DNA of 64,000 nt from Phoronis australis (Eukaryota; Animalia; Phoronida), in NCBI GenBank assembly GCA_002633005.1, contig NMRA01000352.1:230626-294625 (forward strand), given 5' to 3'. Below the pieces are notes generated by a model that was not told the DNA's origin, ran no database searches, and worked only from the letters and a program-made list of their open reading frames with translations. Made by a program: the position numbers and the translations under genes. Positions 38,901-53,244 of the stretch are shown one piece after another. Each line of letters starts with the position of its first letter. Within the stretch, counting starts at the first letter, position 1.

Positions 38901-41900
38901 AAAGTTGTAGAAGTTCGAGAAGTGCCTGGCATGAGTTTTTCTGTAAATAATTAGACACCTTAAAGACATTTGACAAATGGGACAATAGGTACGCACTAAA
39001 CAATTCTTCTCTTGGAGTGTTTTTAACCCAGTGAGTTTTCATAAAGTGATATTGCGAGCCCTACAGCAGTTACGGAATATTAAACGCGGTTCTACCTTCT
39101 TAGCAGATGTCAACAACCACAACATCGTATTTAACATCAAATGATTATTGAAATGACAGAGCCGTTAGTGGTCATCAAAGGTTTTGAGCAAAAAAAAACT
39201 AAACCGGTCAACAAATTCTGCTCCATAGGCAAACACCGAGTCCAGTTCAACAAGTAATACCTCGATATAGATAAGCAAGACCTCACGAGATTCCGCGAGA
39301 TATCGCCGTATGTTTTCAATGAGAGCACGTGATTTTGGTTAGATTTTCCCCCCGCGAGTCGGCCATTAACGCTATTTCTCTACTTACGCCACAGCAACAA
39401 ATGCCCCAAGCAGGAGCAAAGAGTAACCAATCACAGGGCTGAAGATCACCATCATTAGCGGAGGGCTCAAGATCGCTACAAGTCCTTTGATGTTGAGAAG
39501 GGGGGCCACCCCAACGAAATTTATAAGTCCAGCTATGGCAATTGACTGGAAAAAACAAGAGACGTCTGTGAATTCCATGTTACTGCGTCAGTTTTATCTG
39601 CAGCTCGATAACGAGCCTATCAACAATCTGGCACCAGCCTACTCACGTATCCTCACAAGTACAGCAAGCGCAAGTTGACCCAAGCAGCTTTCTCCGTCGC
39701 TTCGGTCGGGAAACAGGTTAAAGTGGTATTTGCAACGGGAGGACTTGAAAATCAATTCCTGCAAAAAAGCGCCCAGTGATCTTGTAGGAAGATCTGTTTT
39801 GTGGTGCAGTGGGAATTCGTTGAGTTGTCCAATACTTCAATAGGCGGTCTACCAACGCAGCCTTTCTCGCTTGCACATGGCAACACTGAGAACTAAATTT
39901 ACACAGCTTACTACGAACGCAGTTCACGGGTCCGTGAATATTTGCCTCGCTGTGTACGGGTGAGCGAGCTATAGTTGAGCTATAGTTCACTTGAGACAGA
40001 CAGCTCAGCTCGTAGCCCTCTGTCTGTTCTCAGAGGTAGAAATGTTTGAGGCCAGAATATGAACGGAGTGTAAGAGCATTGTGAAACATAGTTTGGCTGT
40101 TTATGCAAATATATTCTATGTAGACGCTTTTTGTCATCAAAGGACATTTTTGTCCGATTCGTACACTACGTTAAGACATATTTATTTGCCATTCAGGAAA
40201 CTACATTCACTCCAAAGTGATGACAGGGTGCGGCGGAGGAACTTTCTAGCTTGAACAAAATTGATAGTTTAAAGGACTTAAACGGGAATTTTAATCTTTT
40301 TGAAAGCATTTTGGTCAATTAGGCACATTAAGTCACTCATAAAGGATTTTTATTCTTTTTCATTGAAACGAAACTCAATGAATATTCGTCAAAACGGAAA
40401 TGTGACGGTGCATGTGAGCAACTCGCAAAATGCAAACACCGGCTTTAACAGTCTACAGAATTAGTCCACGTACTTTCCCACAAGTATATACTTACACAGC
40501 CCAAGCAGAACAGTGAATCAGCGATAACAAGAATGCTCAGTGGCCAGCTCAGTCCCACAGTTGCTAGTCCGAGAGCAACTAATTCAACAACAGTCCGGAC
40601 GGGTTGACAACTGTCAGAAGCAATAACAATTTTTTAGCACTGTTTTGTACGAATCCCGGGGTCTAAGCTTAGTAATCAAGCACTTATTGCTTGACATAGC
40701 ACTGATTCCTAACACGAATAAGCCAAGTCGCCTTTATAAAAGTTCAGACATTCGCCCGTTATTTCAGTGCAATTCACACTCGGCCGGTAAGCAGGAAATG
40801 TCTCCCCAATGCGCTTGAAGTCAAAAGCAATTTTCAGTATCGGCAGTGAGTGATCGGGGAATCGTCACTATGGTCGTATTTATTCTACTTTTTGAAAGGT
40901 TTTCTCAGCACACAGAAACTGAAAAGGCGTTTAAAAGCAAATAAAAGCTTACCAATTGTGCAGATTTTCGCTAAAATTTACTTGCTTAACTTGTCACACA
41001 ACCTAGTCGAACACATACAGCAGGCCCGGGCCCAAGTCCCGCCGATTCTGCACTGAGACACCGGTGCAGCTGAGAGTTGGCTCAAACGAGCAGTCACTGA
41101 GCTACTTCGCACATCACAGACACCCGTAATCGCATCCGGGGCAACTCCGGTATTATCGTAACCTCTAGTTTCCCCTCGTACGTGAACGTAATCTGTGCAT
41201 GCGCAAACTTGAGTCGTACGACCAATAATTTTGAAGCTTGAAAGTCACATGACTTGCCTCCTGACTAAAATATGCTCTCCTGCAGATAGCGATCACCTCC
41301 GAGTGGGAAACTTAAGGCTACTTGAATACTTAAAGTGCTTCAGATGCAGTACCCATCCCACTTCATAGTCGTCAATCTTGTCATGCAAATTAGATTGATC
41401 ATCTTGAAAGCGTTCGAGTTCCTCGTGAAAATCATTGTTGGGTAATGAGAACTTGATAAACATGAGATGCTCATGACGTCACAAACTCGACTTGGAGAAT
41501 TGAGATTCATCATGAAAAGGCGATTCAGCCGTATCAAGCATTTCGGAAATTCAAGATACAATGGAAAACGAAAATATATGCAAATTCAGATATACATGGC
41601 GCTATAAAAATACATTCCCAATTCAAATGACTATATCTGCGTTGTTTACAAACTTACGAACATTCATGATTACTTTGTTTAAATTCACACAGAAGTAACA
41701 AAATAGGAATGAAGTCTTCAAACCAAAATAAATGGATTATTGTTTAACTTTGGGATAAGATTGACTATCTTTGCTATTCCTTGACGTTATTGAGTTGATA
41801 GAAGCATTGCACGATAAAATTTCGTTGTTCAAAACTGAAATATTTGTTTTGCCAATCCCATGCATATAAAGCACGCGACGTCTCGAGCGTCTGTACGTCC

Positions 41901-43575
41901 CGCCACAGAATGTCATCCACGGGAACTAAACTTGAACATCGGGGGTTGTACTGAAGTGTCAGGACATTTTTGGGAACCCCTGAAGTATGAAATTTACTTC
42001 CCAAAACTCAAAACACCAAAAAACATATGATTTGTACTTTAAATGTCGCTTTGCAAGTTTCCGGGTAGGATTAACGGACTGTGGTTATTCCGTGTTAAAT
42101 CGACGGAAAATTGGGAGTTGTGACAACGAGCGCCTAAAATAAAGTCGAGTGCACAACAGAACTTCTCGGCGGAGTTGCATGTGTGTTTGTTACTGTGATT
42201 TGCTTGACTTTTCTCAAAATAAATAAGGCAAACGAAGAAAAAGCTAAAAACGAACTAGTTGATCCTTTCAAATGAGAATTTTGCACAAGACAGTTAAAAA
42301 CGACCCGAAGTAGCAGGGTTGTTTTTGTTGTTGCGTAATCTCTACCCACCCGTATAGTTCCGCCGTTGGGATTACATCGGAGGCTAGGTCGCTGCAAACA
42401 GAAAAAAAATATTATCAATGTGCCCAACTTTTACCTTCACGCGCTTGCTTACAGCTATACACTCGAAGAACGTTTTCAATGTGCACCATCGAGATTGGAC
42501 CCCCGGTGTAAAACAGATATCCTGCACCATGAACATTTCTCAGTAAAATACTTAGGATGAATTGTCATATGAATCATTTTAAACTGACGGCCACTATCAA
42601 GTCACAACAAAGAAAGGTAATAACCAAAATTTTCGCCATTACCCCTGCAATGCGTTCCATAGACCCATCATTCTTGCCCATAAGCAACATTATGCAAGAT
42701 CACGCAAAATCACACGAGTGTTTCTGGAGTACTTTTCATGCCTTAACGCAGTAACTACATAGCAAAAGGCCGGCAACTAGAGTGATTGGTCGGTAAGGTT
42801 GAAATATTGAATTAGGAGTTAGAATTCAGGATTATGTTAAATCACAGAATTCAGTGTTTCTGTTTCATAAGCGAAGATTCCAGGCTTAGCTTTGGGTGAA
42901 CGTAATACTGTCCTCAAATGTTCTACCAGATAAACATTAATTTCACAAAATTTGAAAAACATGCATGCCTGTAAATCCATGAAAATGTATCACCAGGTTG
43001 ATATCGCCCACTGCACTCTTTTATTGTTTGACATTGTGTTAAAACCAAGGTGTTCCATCGAAATTGGAATCCCGTTGTAAAACAGATATCGTGAGTCGAA
43101 AACAAAATCTCGCACCTTTAAAACAGCTAATCAGCCCAAAAATACAAAACCCGACCTATGGTTTTAAAATACAAAAAACGAAATATTAATAAAAGCGAAT
43201 GGTCTGCCTTAGATCTATTTCACTATTCTTGTTGAGCCGACGACGAAAATTTGACATACGTGTCCTCGTTGAACTGTGATTCTGGCTAAGCTTATTTGGT
43301 ACACCTCATATCTCAGATACTTTCCGCTAGGTTGCATTCACCAATAAAACCCTCCAAAATGTCAGTGTCGTCTGTCTGCAGTGAGCAGCCCCACGTGGAT
43401 ATGAAAAAAAAAAAAAACGAAAAACGTCGCCTTTTAAAGGAGCTACGTATACATTCTTCGTACAAGAAATTCTTTGGCAGCCCTTACGACACCCCCTGAT
43501 CCGCTTGTGGCATATAAACAGTTGCTTGTCTTACCGGACTTCTTCATTAACGTCCTGGGTCTGTCCATTCACCGA
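32962..43575 (-). CDS. Tandem (double) Got1/Sft2-like membrane protein, gene Y; start exon not identified
   Basis: Exons in transcript order: 43575-43535 (tentative), 40610-40496, 39545-39388, 38940-38893, 36268-36166, 35369-35194, 33605-33552, 33016-32962. All GT-AG and phase-compatible; 750 nt open to TGA. Second domain PKLQICLGMSGVVLFTALPGLLFPWNHTLLILIH|MLLVAGFAVV...FGILAVLFGFPRIGMCFEVLGIYFLTG|TFPQVV resembles GOLT1 as recalled (QKIGMGL...|VLFVAGL...LIGWPLIGMIFEIYGFFLLFR|GFFPVV). Confidence 0.7.
37340..37830. mobile_element. Degenerate transposon relic: THAP fragment on + and a convergent acidic ORF on -
   Basis: 37383-37510 (+) reads VPKDTKVAQKWHRFVGRTR...VTLCSAHFEDSRFD, a THAP P-W-CxxHF pattern, frameshifted upstream. 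Minus ORF 37573-37821 is acidic. Same layout as 45876-47499. Confidence 0.55.
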
Positions 43576-44242
43576 CTGAACAAGAGATTGCCACCTACTG
43601 GCCAAATTTTCATCGTTTTGAAGATCGCAGAGACTCAGCTGACTGTCCCCGGTTACCAACCTGGAAAGTACCACATAACGTATACTGTAGTTGACAGATC
43701 TTGGAAATCACGAAATTATAGGCACGGGGAATCTCTTTCGAATAGCAGTACACTGCACTGGAACGGCTTTGTCCATAGACATCTAATAAATGTCTATGGT
43801 TTTATCAGAAGTGTCGCAGCTTGTGAAATCTTGCACACAAGGAACGCATGTTAAAGGAGAAAAGGATATTTTTGATATACTTCTGTGTTAAATTATCATT
43901 TTCCTGATTATCCTACGAGTATTCAACTGTTTAACTGTTTTGGTACTGCCAAAAATGCTAAGCGTAGATCTGTAAGTCATTTCGGTGTTATATATCCCCG
44001 TCAAACATGGATAATTATAAATTAAAAAGAAAATATTTCCGAGAAAACATAGACAAAAAGAGAAAAATTATGAAGCTCATGTAGACTGCTGGAAAGCATT
44101 TCCAAGAATAGGTACAACCCATAAGTGTTTTGGAAAATGATCAAATTTAGTACACAACCTCCGAGGTGTGCAGCTACGTCTGTTACACCACAAAAATGAC
44201 AAGGTTATTTTAAGAGTCTGTTAAACCAAGAAGTACCTGTTA

Positions 44243-44713
44243 NNNNNNNNNNNNNNNNNNNNNNNNNNNNNNNNNNNNNNNNNNNNNNNNNNNNNNNNNN
44301 NNNNNNNNNNNNNNNNNNNNNNNNNNNNNNNNNNNNNNNNNNNNNNNNNNNNNNNNNNNNNNNNNNNNNNNNNNNNNNNNNNNNNNNNNNNNNNNNNNNN
44401 NNNNNNNNNNNNNNNNNNNNNNNNNNNNNNNNNNNNNNNNNNNNNNNNNNNNNNNNNNNNNNNNNNNNNNNNNNNNNNNNNNNNNNNNNNNNNNNNNNNN
44501 NNNNNNNNNNNNNNNNNNNNNNNNNNNNNNNNNNNNNNNNNNNNNNNNNNNNNNNNNNNNNNNNNNNNNNNNNNNNNNNNNNNNNNNNNNNNNNNNNNNN
44601 NNNNNNNNNNNNNNNNNNNNNNNNNNNNNNNNNNNNNNNNNNNNNNNNNNNNNNNNNNNNNNNNNNNNNNNNNNNNNNNNNNNNNNNNNNNNNNNNNNNN
44701 NNNNNNNNNNNNN
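44243..44713. other. Assembly gap (471 N)
   Basis: Run of N. Confidence 1.
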
Positions 44714-45875
44714 CCGAGGGATTTAACCAACTTAAAAACTTTTTCTAGGCATAACCAGAAAATCATAATTCAGTCACTGAAAACGTATCATAAATCGTAA
44801 ATAGTCGACATGGAGGCTATCAAGAGAATTGCGTTTCAAAGAACACAAACTTTAGAAAGATCTGAAAATAGATAGATTTGATGAAAAAGTGTCAGTTTGT
44901 TTTATTTATTCAATGCCTTACACGGTGTCGTAATGTGTAAGTCACACTTCAGGGTCTTGTTCGTGAAACTGGAAAGAAAGTAAATGATACTGGACCACAC
45001 ATGTATCCACCTGCCACGTTGATCTAGTTTTATTTTAAATTTTTAAACATTCAAGTTATTAACATATTTTAAATTTACAAACAAGTTGTTAACACATCGC
45101 TCCCAGAGATATCTTAACTCTCAGCCATCTTACTTTCACCTGAGTCTCCATAGGTATCAAGTCCATTCAACTTCTGTCAAATTCACGCCATTGCCAAGAG
45201 CAAGAATTCACCATAGGAGATGCGCGTGCATGGCGAATTGTGAACTGTTGGCTATTCAACACTAAATGTCAAATTTTCATTTGTCTGTTGAACAAAATCG
45301 AAAATTTGAGAAAACTCGTAAAAAGGTCATTACTGGAAGCCAAGTAGAGAATTGGTGATTTGCAACGATTTACTTGCATTATATCTGCGGCCAAAGCCAA
45401 TAACTTCAAGAACTCATTTTTTTCCAACAAGAATCACAAACATACTTTTTCGTCGATCCTACACTTTATAACCGAGCGCATCCCTTTAACCAGATTATAT
45501 TTGAAAAAAGTGCATATTTCCGACAGAAACAAACAAATGGAGATTGGGAGTGCAAGTAAATAATATTAGGCTACAATTTTCAATCCAAAACATCACTATA
45601 AGTATGATAACATACAGGGGGCTCTTTTATGACTTGTAATGTGAACAGCATTTTATATCAACGAGATTAGAGTGATTGGAACCACAAAACTATTTAAACT
45701 CACCTTCCCACGCAGGAGCATAAGTCACAAACGGCCTGGGACACCCCTTGAACATAGCTGACCACTCGGGAGGAAAAACTGAAACAGTGTAGGTTTAAAC
45801 TGAAAGACACGTATCCTTTCGTCAATCGCCAGGAGTCATCTATAAGCTGACCTCATAAGTTATTCATGGATTTAA

Positions 45876-47499
45876 AGGAGAATGCCACCAAAAACAACCT
45901 ATTTTGTATCAATTTAGATCGAGTTCGGTTGGGTTACCTGACACCAGACGGCAGACGGAGGTGTTGAAATTATCCAATGACGTCATTGGTTTCTACACGC
46001 AGTCTGGTCAGCACTGAGTTCACAACACGGGTTACTGGTGTCAGCTTAGCGCTTGAATTCATCATTTAACTTCAATAAATAATCAAACGTGTTGTTTTAT
46101 TTCGCTGTAACGAATTATTTGGTGTTTGGACATACCGTAGCCTACAAAGTTCAGAAGGCCAATTTACCAAGGTCCATAGCAGGAGTTTGGGGTCTGTTCA
46201 GAGATAAATTCGAAGTATTCTTCCGTGAAATACGGACTGGAGGACCTAGAACTGTGTTGTTTAGACTTGTGATTTTTTGAGTTCTAAACACACAAAACGC
46301 TTGTTATCTCGACCAGTGGCTCGGAACCCGATCAGGCCCGTCGCGGCCGGACTCACTCGTTATCCCGGCCAGTGGCTCGGAACCCGATCAGGCACTTCGC
46401 GGCCGCCGGGACTGGCACGAACATAAACCAGCTTGAGTTGGAAACTAAACCTACAGTCACGAAAATACTAATAGTGAGGCAAAGACAAAATGTGAATTAG
46501 CCACGAAACTGAAAATCTACTTACTTGTCGGGGGCAGCGAATTCGGGTTCCCCTTCCACAGACCGTCAGGGCAAAGGTTGTACAGTAACAATGATTTCAA
46601 TAATGTATTTGTATTTCTAAATAAAGATTCCCCTAACATGTGACCATAGCATATAAAATCAAGTAATTGTTTCACAACAGCTTTCTGTCAGCAAACACTG
46701 AATTAGCATGCGCTCACAGGGCCTCGGTTCCCGGTCAATTACCTTTATTGCATCTAAAGCCGGTAACGCAGTGGTCTATTCATTGCTGGCTTCTCAATAT
46801 TTGCACTCACGAACACTGCAAAGGCATTACAAATTGTATCTAACGAGATAGACTTTGTTTCAGTTTTATATAAGCATTGGTTAGGATGAGAATAATTCAT
46901 TTTGAAACAGAACGCAGAATAATAAACGTCTACATGGCAACTCGCGCGGCGCCAATCCCGATTTAGTTAGTCAAGAGCTCGTCCGACGAAGACTTCACGG
47001 GTCAGATCGTTAGGTTTCACAGGCTATCATTTCGAACCAGTATACACTGATCAAGAAATACTAGAGATGCGCCGTGAACATGCACAGGCAACGGAACGCA
47101 TGGATAGTTCTTCGGCAAGTCGGAATTCGTCAGAGATATCACTGTCGACGAAATGCAGGCCACAGACACGGAGATGTTTCACAGCCTCATACTTGCTATT
47201 AACAGCGTACCTTTCATTCTTCACTACCACGAGCCATTTCGGGCTCTTGAGGAAGTCGAAAAAACGATATACCCGCTTTCTCCGCAGCTTCATAGTTCGG
47301 ACAAGTGGGTACGATACACCGCAATATAGCGGCATTCACTCTGCAGACGAACCACTGACGTTGCTGCGTCGTTTCTCACCTTCCTCACAGGTTAACGCGA
47401 CACCTCTCGGCAAGGTGAGGTCGACCGTATAAGAGGCGATGTGGATATAGACCCATTAAGACGGTAAAAAAGACTAATTAAATCAGGTGGCATTCTCCT
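45876..47499. mobile_element. Kolobok-like non-autonomous DNA transposon with THAP relic
   Basis: Perfect 14-bp TIRs AGGAGAATGCCACC / GGTGGCATTCTCCT flanked by TTAA on both sides (45872-45875, 47500-47503). Minus ORF 47051-47335 (MPLYCGV...YRFFDF...KWL...RVCGLHF) is a decayed THAP domain. TTAA TSD with RR..YY termini and THAP are Kolobok traits. Confidence 0.75.
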
Positions 47500-50202
47500 T
47501 TAATGACAAAGCGAAAACGAGGCTAAGCGAGTAGACAAACCTAATAAAATGACGATCCAGGCTTCAGACAAGGTCCTCGACACTGGACGAATATGGTTGT
47601 GTCATAGGACAAGATACGGGATTACATGCTGACTCTAAATCTTTCGACCACTGGGATGAATAAAGACTTAAAGATTCTTTTATCTGCAACAGCTTAGTAC
47701 CTCAATGTGAGATGTTCATTTTCGGAGACCTGGCGTTTTAAAATACTAAACTTCGACGAAACTTTAGGGTGGCAGACGTCTATTGGTAAACTGATTTATA
47801 TTAATGGTTCGGTTCTTCAAGTTACACACTTTTCGATCCCGTCTGTGTAACTTGGAGCGGATATCTCGACATTGGTCATTGTTTTATATTCATATACATC
47901 CAAACACGACTCTAGTATTATTATAAACTTTCATCAGTATACATCAGTCATTAAATATTAAATGAGACCCCGAAATCCCGGGATCTGCTTCTTGAAAAGT
48001 GACTAAGACAGACATTTGGTCTTACTCTCCTTCTTCACATTGGAGGTTCAACCAACTAACTATGAGAAAATCAATCTGGAAATAATTTATCAAAAATACC
48101 GTAAGTATTTATCAGTTGGGAGAATGTTCTCATATTTTGGATTTTGTTAAATAGGATTAGCTTATTTCTTAATTTCTCGTCGGTTGTCGATCTATACCTT
48201 CTACGTACCTCATCATATAATTAGGTAATTCTGATGCGGATTGGTAAACCCTGTGGAGGAAGTTACCCACAAGCTCGGTAAAGCTGAAAAAGTAAAATAA
48301 TAAGGATGGAATGCAAAAATCGATGCCATGTGTTACGGCCATTAGCAGTGTAGTCCAAAAACTGCGATTAGAAAAAATCCTAGTTTCAGGCTATGTAGGC
48401 AGCGGACTAGGGAGATGCGTTTCCGACCAATATCAATTAATTTAGAACACTAACCAATGGCAGACAAAATTCGTTGAGGCTAACTTTTCCACAGTATTGA
48501 TGTTTCTGAAGGGCAGAGACAAAGCAGTGAAATTTCGGCTGAAACCGTGTACCTGCTAAATGAAAACCAAAAAGCAGTCGAATGTTTCGTGGTGAAATTC
48601 AAGATATTGGACATAAAGCGGTTAACAATAAAGATCACAATGGTCGACCTCTGTCAGCCAAAGCTAGCAACAATGTTCAAACGGTTAACGGCTTGTGGAA
48701 TACCGGAGAAAACCAGCTGGTTGTCCCTAACACGAAGTTAGCGTTTGTAGGTTATCTGTTGGGAGTATCCTCTACACGAACCATAATGTGCTTTCTTGCA
48801 AAATGCAGAGTATATACAGTCAGACTGATAGCAAAAAATGGAAGACTAGGAAGTTGATTGGACATCTGCCACAGAATTGAAAAGGCCCTGTCGTTGCTTC
48901 TTAGTGCACAGACCAAAGTGGTAAACATTGGTGTCAAAAGAATCTCCCATGCATTCTATATACACTACCGGGAAAATACTGAAAGGTTGTAAAACAAAAA
49001 TTAAGGATCAACTGCAAAACTAGATGCTTTTTGGAATAATGTGTAATGACAATTCATGTCATTTTATGAAAACTCGTAGTTTAACCTCGTCATTGTTACT
49101 TTGCATTACCTGGGACATTCGGGTATTTAGACATAAACATGAAATGATACGGTATTGTAGGGTTTTTTTTCTCAGTCCTTGTATTCGCTCTCACAGGCAT
49201 TTGTTCAGTTATCGAATGTTTCACATACCAAGTCGTTTGAAGTTAAGGAAGACGTAGGACAGTGAGATCGGTTGTCACCTACAAAATGTTATTTTTTTAC
49301 AAATGATTAGACCTGCAACTTAACAGATGTCACAAGGGCAGTAGCAGTGGTACGCAGATTTTTGTTGCATTCTCCGTGCGGCTTATAGCTTTTGTCAGTA
49401 AATGCGGCAGCTTACACTGTAAGCTGGGGTCACGAACAAATAGAGTTACAAGTATTAAATAAAAAAAACTTTGAGAAAAAATCTCCATTTCAGGAAAATT
49501 GGTCACCCTGTACTTTCGAATTCGCGGTTTGCGATTCTGTTATCGACTACTTTCCCTCTTATTAAATATATTGGTGATAATATTGGGGATTTTTTGGAAT
49601 ATAATTTGTCGTCTCAGTTTCTGGCGAGTCGGCTAGCAGCGGTTTCTATGTATTGTCAAGGTTATGTAGCACCCTACAAAAATGTCCAAATTTCAGTACT
49701 AACTTTTGACTTAAACGTTACAATAACGTGGCTCAGTAATGCTAATACAAGGTTAAACATTGCTTCAATGTTTTTGAGTGTGTTAGCTGAGTAATTTTGT
49801 TTAGTCCTTAAATATTGTTGTTTATAGAGAGCAATGACAAAATGGTGAAAAATCACACATGCCACGTGACATAATATGACCTAAATTGGCGGGAAAAGCT
49901 ATTACAGGCAATACAAAAAATATCCCAAGATTGCCTAACCGTGGATATCGGAAGCGTTGTCTTTAGACAAGAGATTAATGTATAAACACACGTTATGTTT
50001 CAACAAAAATATAATAAATATTAACCTTTGCTGCACGTTTGTTTCGTTTCCATCGTAGCTGAAAATAGGAAGAATTAGTTTTAATTTGTGTCAAAGACAT
50101 TGCATATACATGGGCAAGAAGAGCGAACAATGGTTACACCAATGAGATAAATATAGCTTGTGTAATGTAGCTCATTGGGTTACACCATAGAACTGTAGCC
50201 TT

Positions 50203-50356
50203 GCCTCCCGTTCAGTAACGCTAAGACCTCGGTAAAAAGCAAGACTTCGTGAGATTACGCGAGATATTGCCGTGTATTTTAAATGAGAGCACGTGACTAA
50301 AGCTAGATTTTAGGTAGGTCCTAGTGTAGATCCTAGCGTTACTGAACGCACGCCTG
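50203..50356. mobile_element. MITE (CGTTCAGTAACGCTAGG family)
   Basis: Same sequence family as 27865-28024; inverted ends. Confidence 0.75.
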
Positions 50357-50757
50357 GAATGCCAACTCTCGCACGTGACCTAAGTATGCTATTATTAAAG
50401 CTTGGGGACCCGAGACTAGCCGCGAGAATTTCCACTAAGATGACTTCCGGATGCCTGCTCGACTGAGTTTTGGTCAAGAGCTGTAGTCATGAAATCAAGC
50501 CTAATTTCATAATTGTTTCCATGTTGTTATTTTTGTTCATCAAGCGAGACTCTTGATGTACGGTTCCATACAATCAGCTATTTCTCGGCAAAATTAGTCA
50601 ACCAACCCAATTACACCTATAAGCATCGACCTATGGCCCTGGGTGGATAAAAGTAGTATTTTGGCCTCTGACATCTTTTCAGCTCCAGTCAAAGTCTTAA
50701 AAGCAAGAGTGTTTACATAACTTTTGAACAATTACTCTCAATTGCTTAGGTACAGTA

Positions 50758-50940
<183 letters not shown>

Positions 50941-51924
50941 ATTATTACTGTTTTCAATCGTTTCTAAAATAATCCATTTGTGCAATGTTTGCATGTTGAC
51001 CAGATGCCGTTTTTTGTTAATTCGATTTCTAAGAAGTAGGCCTACTATTATCTGTAGTATTTACTTATACCCGTGAAATAAAATTTAAAAAATGAAAAGT
51101 TTACGTTGTAAAAAACCCAATCCAGTACTTCGTGTTGCTGACAGCGTACAGTGCATTTGCCAATTGCCCCCGGCGCTCTTGGCAGAATGTCCCACTTTTT
51201 ATTTTTTTTTGGTGCCATCCCGCCACATCCCGTGCTGCAGCGAACATTTCAGCCTTACGTTTTGGCTTACACCCAGATGTTCCGCTTTTTATCTTAAACT
51301 CCCACTTTTCAATCCGCTTTTTCGTTCTTGGATGTTTCCCGAGACAACTATGTCTAAAATAACATTGTCCCTTTTTATGACTATTGTTATATTCCAGAAC
51401 CCACTTTCTTTAGTGACATACCAATCGTAAAAATGTGTTTCAATGTCTATTGTTTACGGTAACACACACTACATGTATCAGGATCATTAAATTTTATTTC
51501 TAAACTGTTATGGAAAGTCCTGAACTATCCTTAATGCATTTCAAAGCTACGAGACAGATGTGTGCCCATTTTTTTTCTATCATAAAACCTTTATCTGCAA
51601 ATTTCGGATAAAAATTTGTAGTAGCTTATCGCATTTTTCGTAAATGTCACCGTATTTTGTGAAGAATGTGACTATCAAACGGCACCAAAGGTCCAATCAA
51701 TTATCATATATATAGATGCGGATGAATTCTTGACTAAATTGTCCACATCAAGCTTTCTTATGACATGGCTCTTATGCAAATCGATTGAAAAACGGCGGAG
51801 TTGCTAAAAGTTCTAATGAAAGAAAATTCCATAGCAAGTACACACTCGGAACTAACGAATGCAAACAACTTTGACGCATGGGCGGAGCAAAGTCAGCGAC
51901 CGCAAGTTCAGTGTTGGTATTCCA

Positions 51925-52083
51925 GCCTCCCGTTCAGTAACGCTAGGACCTCGCTAAATTAAAAGCAAGTCTTCGCCAGATTACGTGAGATATTGCCGTG
52001 TTATTTAAAGGAGAACACGTGACTTTGGTTCGATTTATGCTAGGTTCTAGCGTAGGTCCAAGCGTTACTTAACGCACGCCAGG
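51925..52083. mobile_element. MITE (CGTTCAGTAACGCTAGG family)
   Basis: Same sequence family as 27865-28024. Confidence 0.75.
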
Positions 52084-53025
52084 TATAGAGTTCAACGGTT
52101 ACATGTAGGAAAACGTTTAACAAATATTATGAAAGAGCATACTTCAAGGAATCCACATGCAAAAATTTACGTCATTTGCTCCTCCTGTTAAAAACGCGAC
52201 CGCAGAACGATTGAAAACGTGTGAACATGCGCCACAGCCGCCATCTTGAAAGTGACTTCCGGTTAAACAAAATTTTATAAAAGCTTATTAATAGCAACAA
52301 ACACGTTACCAGTTTGAAACTGATTGGTTCGCAAATGCGCCCTCTAGAGGAGAAAATGTTTTTGACCAGATATCGGGGTGCGCCACTTCCAATATTTCCG
52401 CCATATTTGACCGGAAGTCAACGATTTTCCGCAAAGTTGTAGCACATGTGTTCTATAATAATCGTACCAAGTTTCAACTCTGTATGTCAAAAAATGCGGC
52501 CTCTATGAGCATTTGAATGTGAAATCGGAAACAAAATGGCCACCACGTCCGCCATTTTGAATGCGATCATGACCAAAACCAATAGGCTTCCAGGACTTAC
52601 CGATCTACACGTCGTGTGCAAATTTCGTAAAAATCGGAAGAAAATTGCGACCTGTAGAGTGCGAACAAAAAAACTTGACGACAGAGCAACATAATAAAAA
52701 CCAGAGTGAGGAAGAATGATTAAGGAAAATGAAAAGCTGAAAATGAACGGAAACACCCAATCCCATGAGTTCATAAGATGTCGTGTCCGCCTTCCCTTCT
52801 AATCCAACAAGACAGAATGGTTGTTCCTTACTTCAGTGGTTCGTCGACTATCTGCGGAGTGACGCTGATCGATTCAAAGAGTGTATGGACTAGACCGCCA
52901 AAGAAGTTGTCATTTTGGAAATCTTGAATACTGGGTAGCTCGTCATTTTGTATGGTCCGCCTGAAGTGTTTAAGCAAACAGTAATGTTGGTGACACTTTT
53001 ACATGTATTCACTAATCTGTTTTAT

Positions 53026-53244
53026 TGAAATCAAAATGTTGCAATGCCGTGCAGTTACCGACGAAGAATGAAAATATAAAATAGTAAAACTAGTAAAACT
53101 AAAATGACGAGCGTCGGTACTAAACGTATCGAGCGATGCGCTCTTTCTCAAGGGTGTAGCACATCGCTCGATACGTGGGGATATTTTAACACATTTTAGT
53201 ACCGACGCTCGTCATTTTAGTTTTACTAGTTTTACTATTTTATA
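53026..53244. repeat. Fold-back element with perfect 50-bp arms and 13-bp flanking direct repeat
   Basis: Arms at 53075-53124 and 53195-53244, with an inner 14-bp stem CGTATCGAGCGATG/CATCGCTCGATACG. TAATCTGTTTTAT occurs at 53013 and 53243. A related copy is at ~17770-17895. Confidence 0.8.

Noticed and set aside
39647-39758. Exon-like segment upstream of 39545
   Set aside because: The frame required by the GTGAGT donor has stops and there is no counterpart in gene X. 40496-40610 is the homologous exon.
44221-44766. 181-aa ORF
   Set aside because: Artefact of the N gap.
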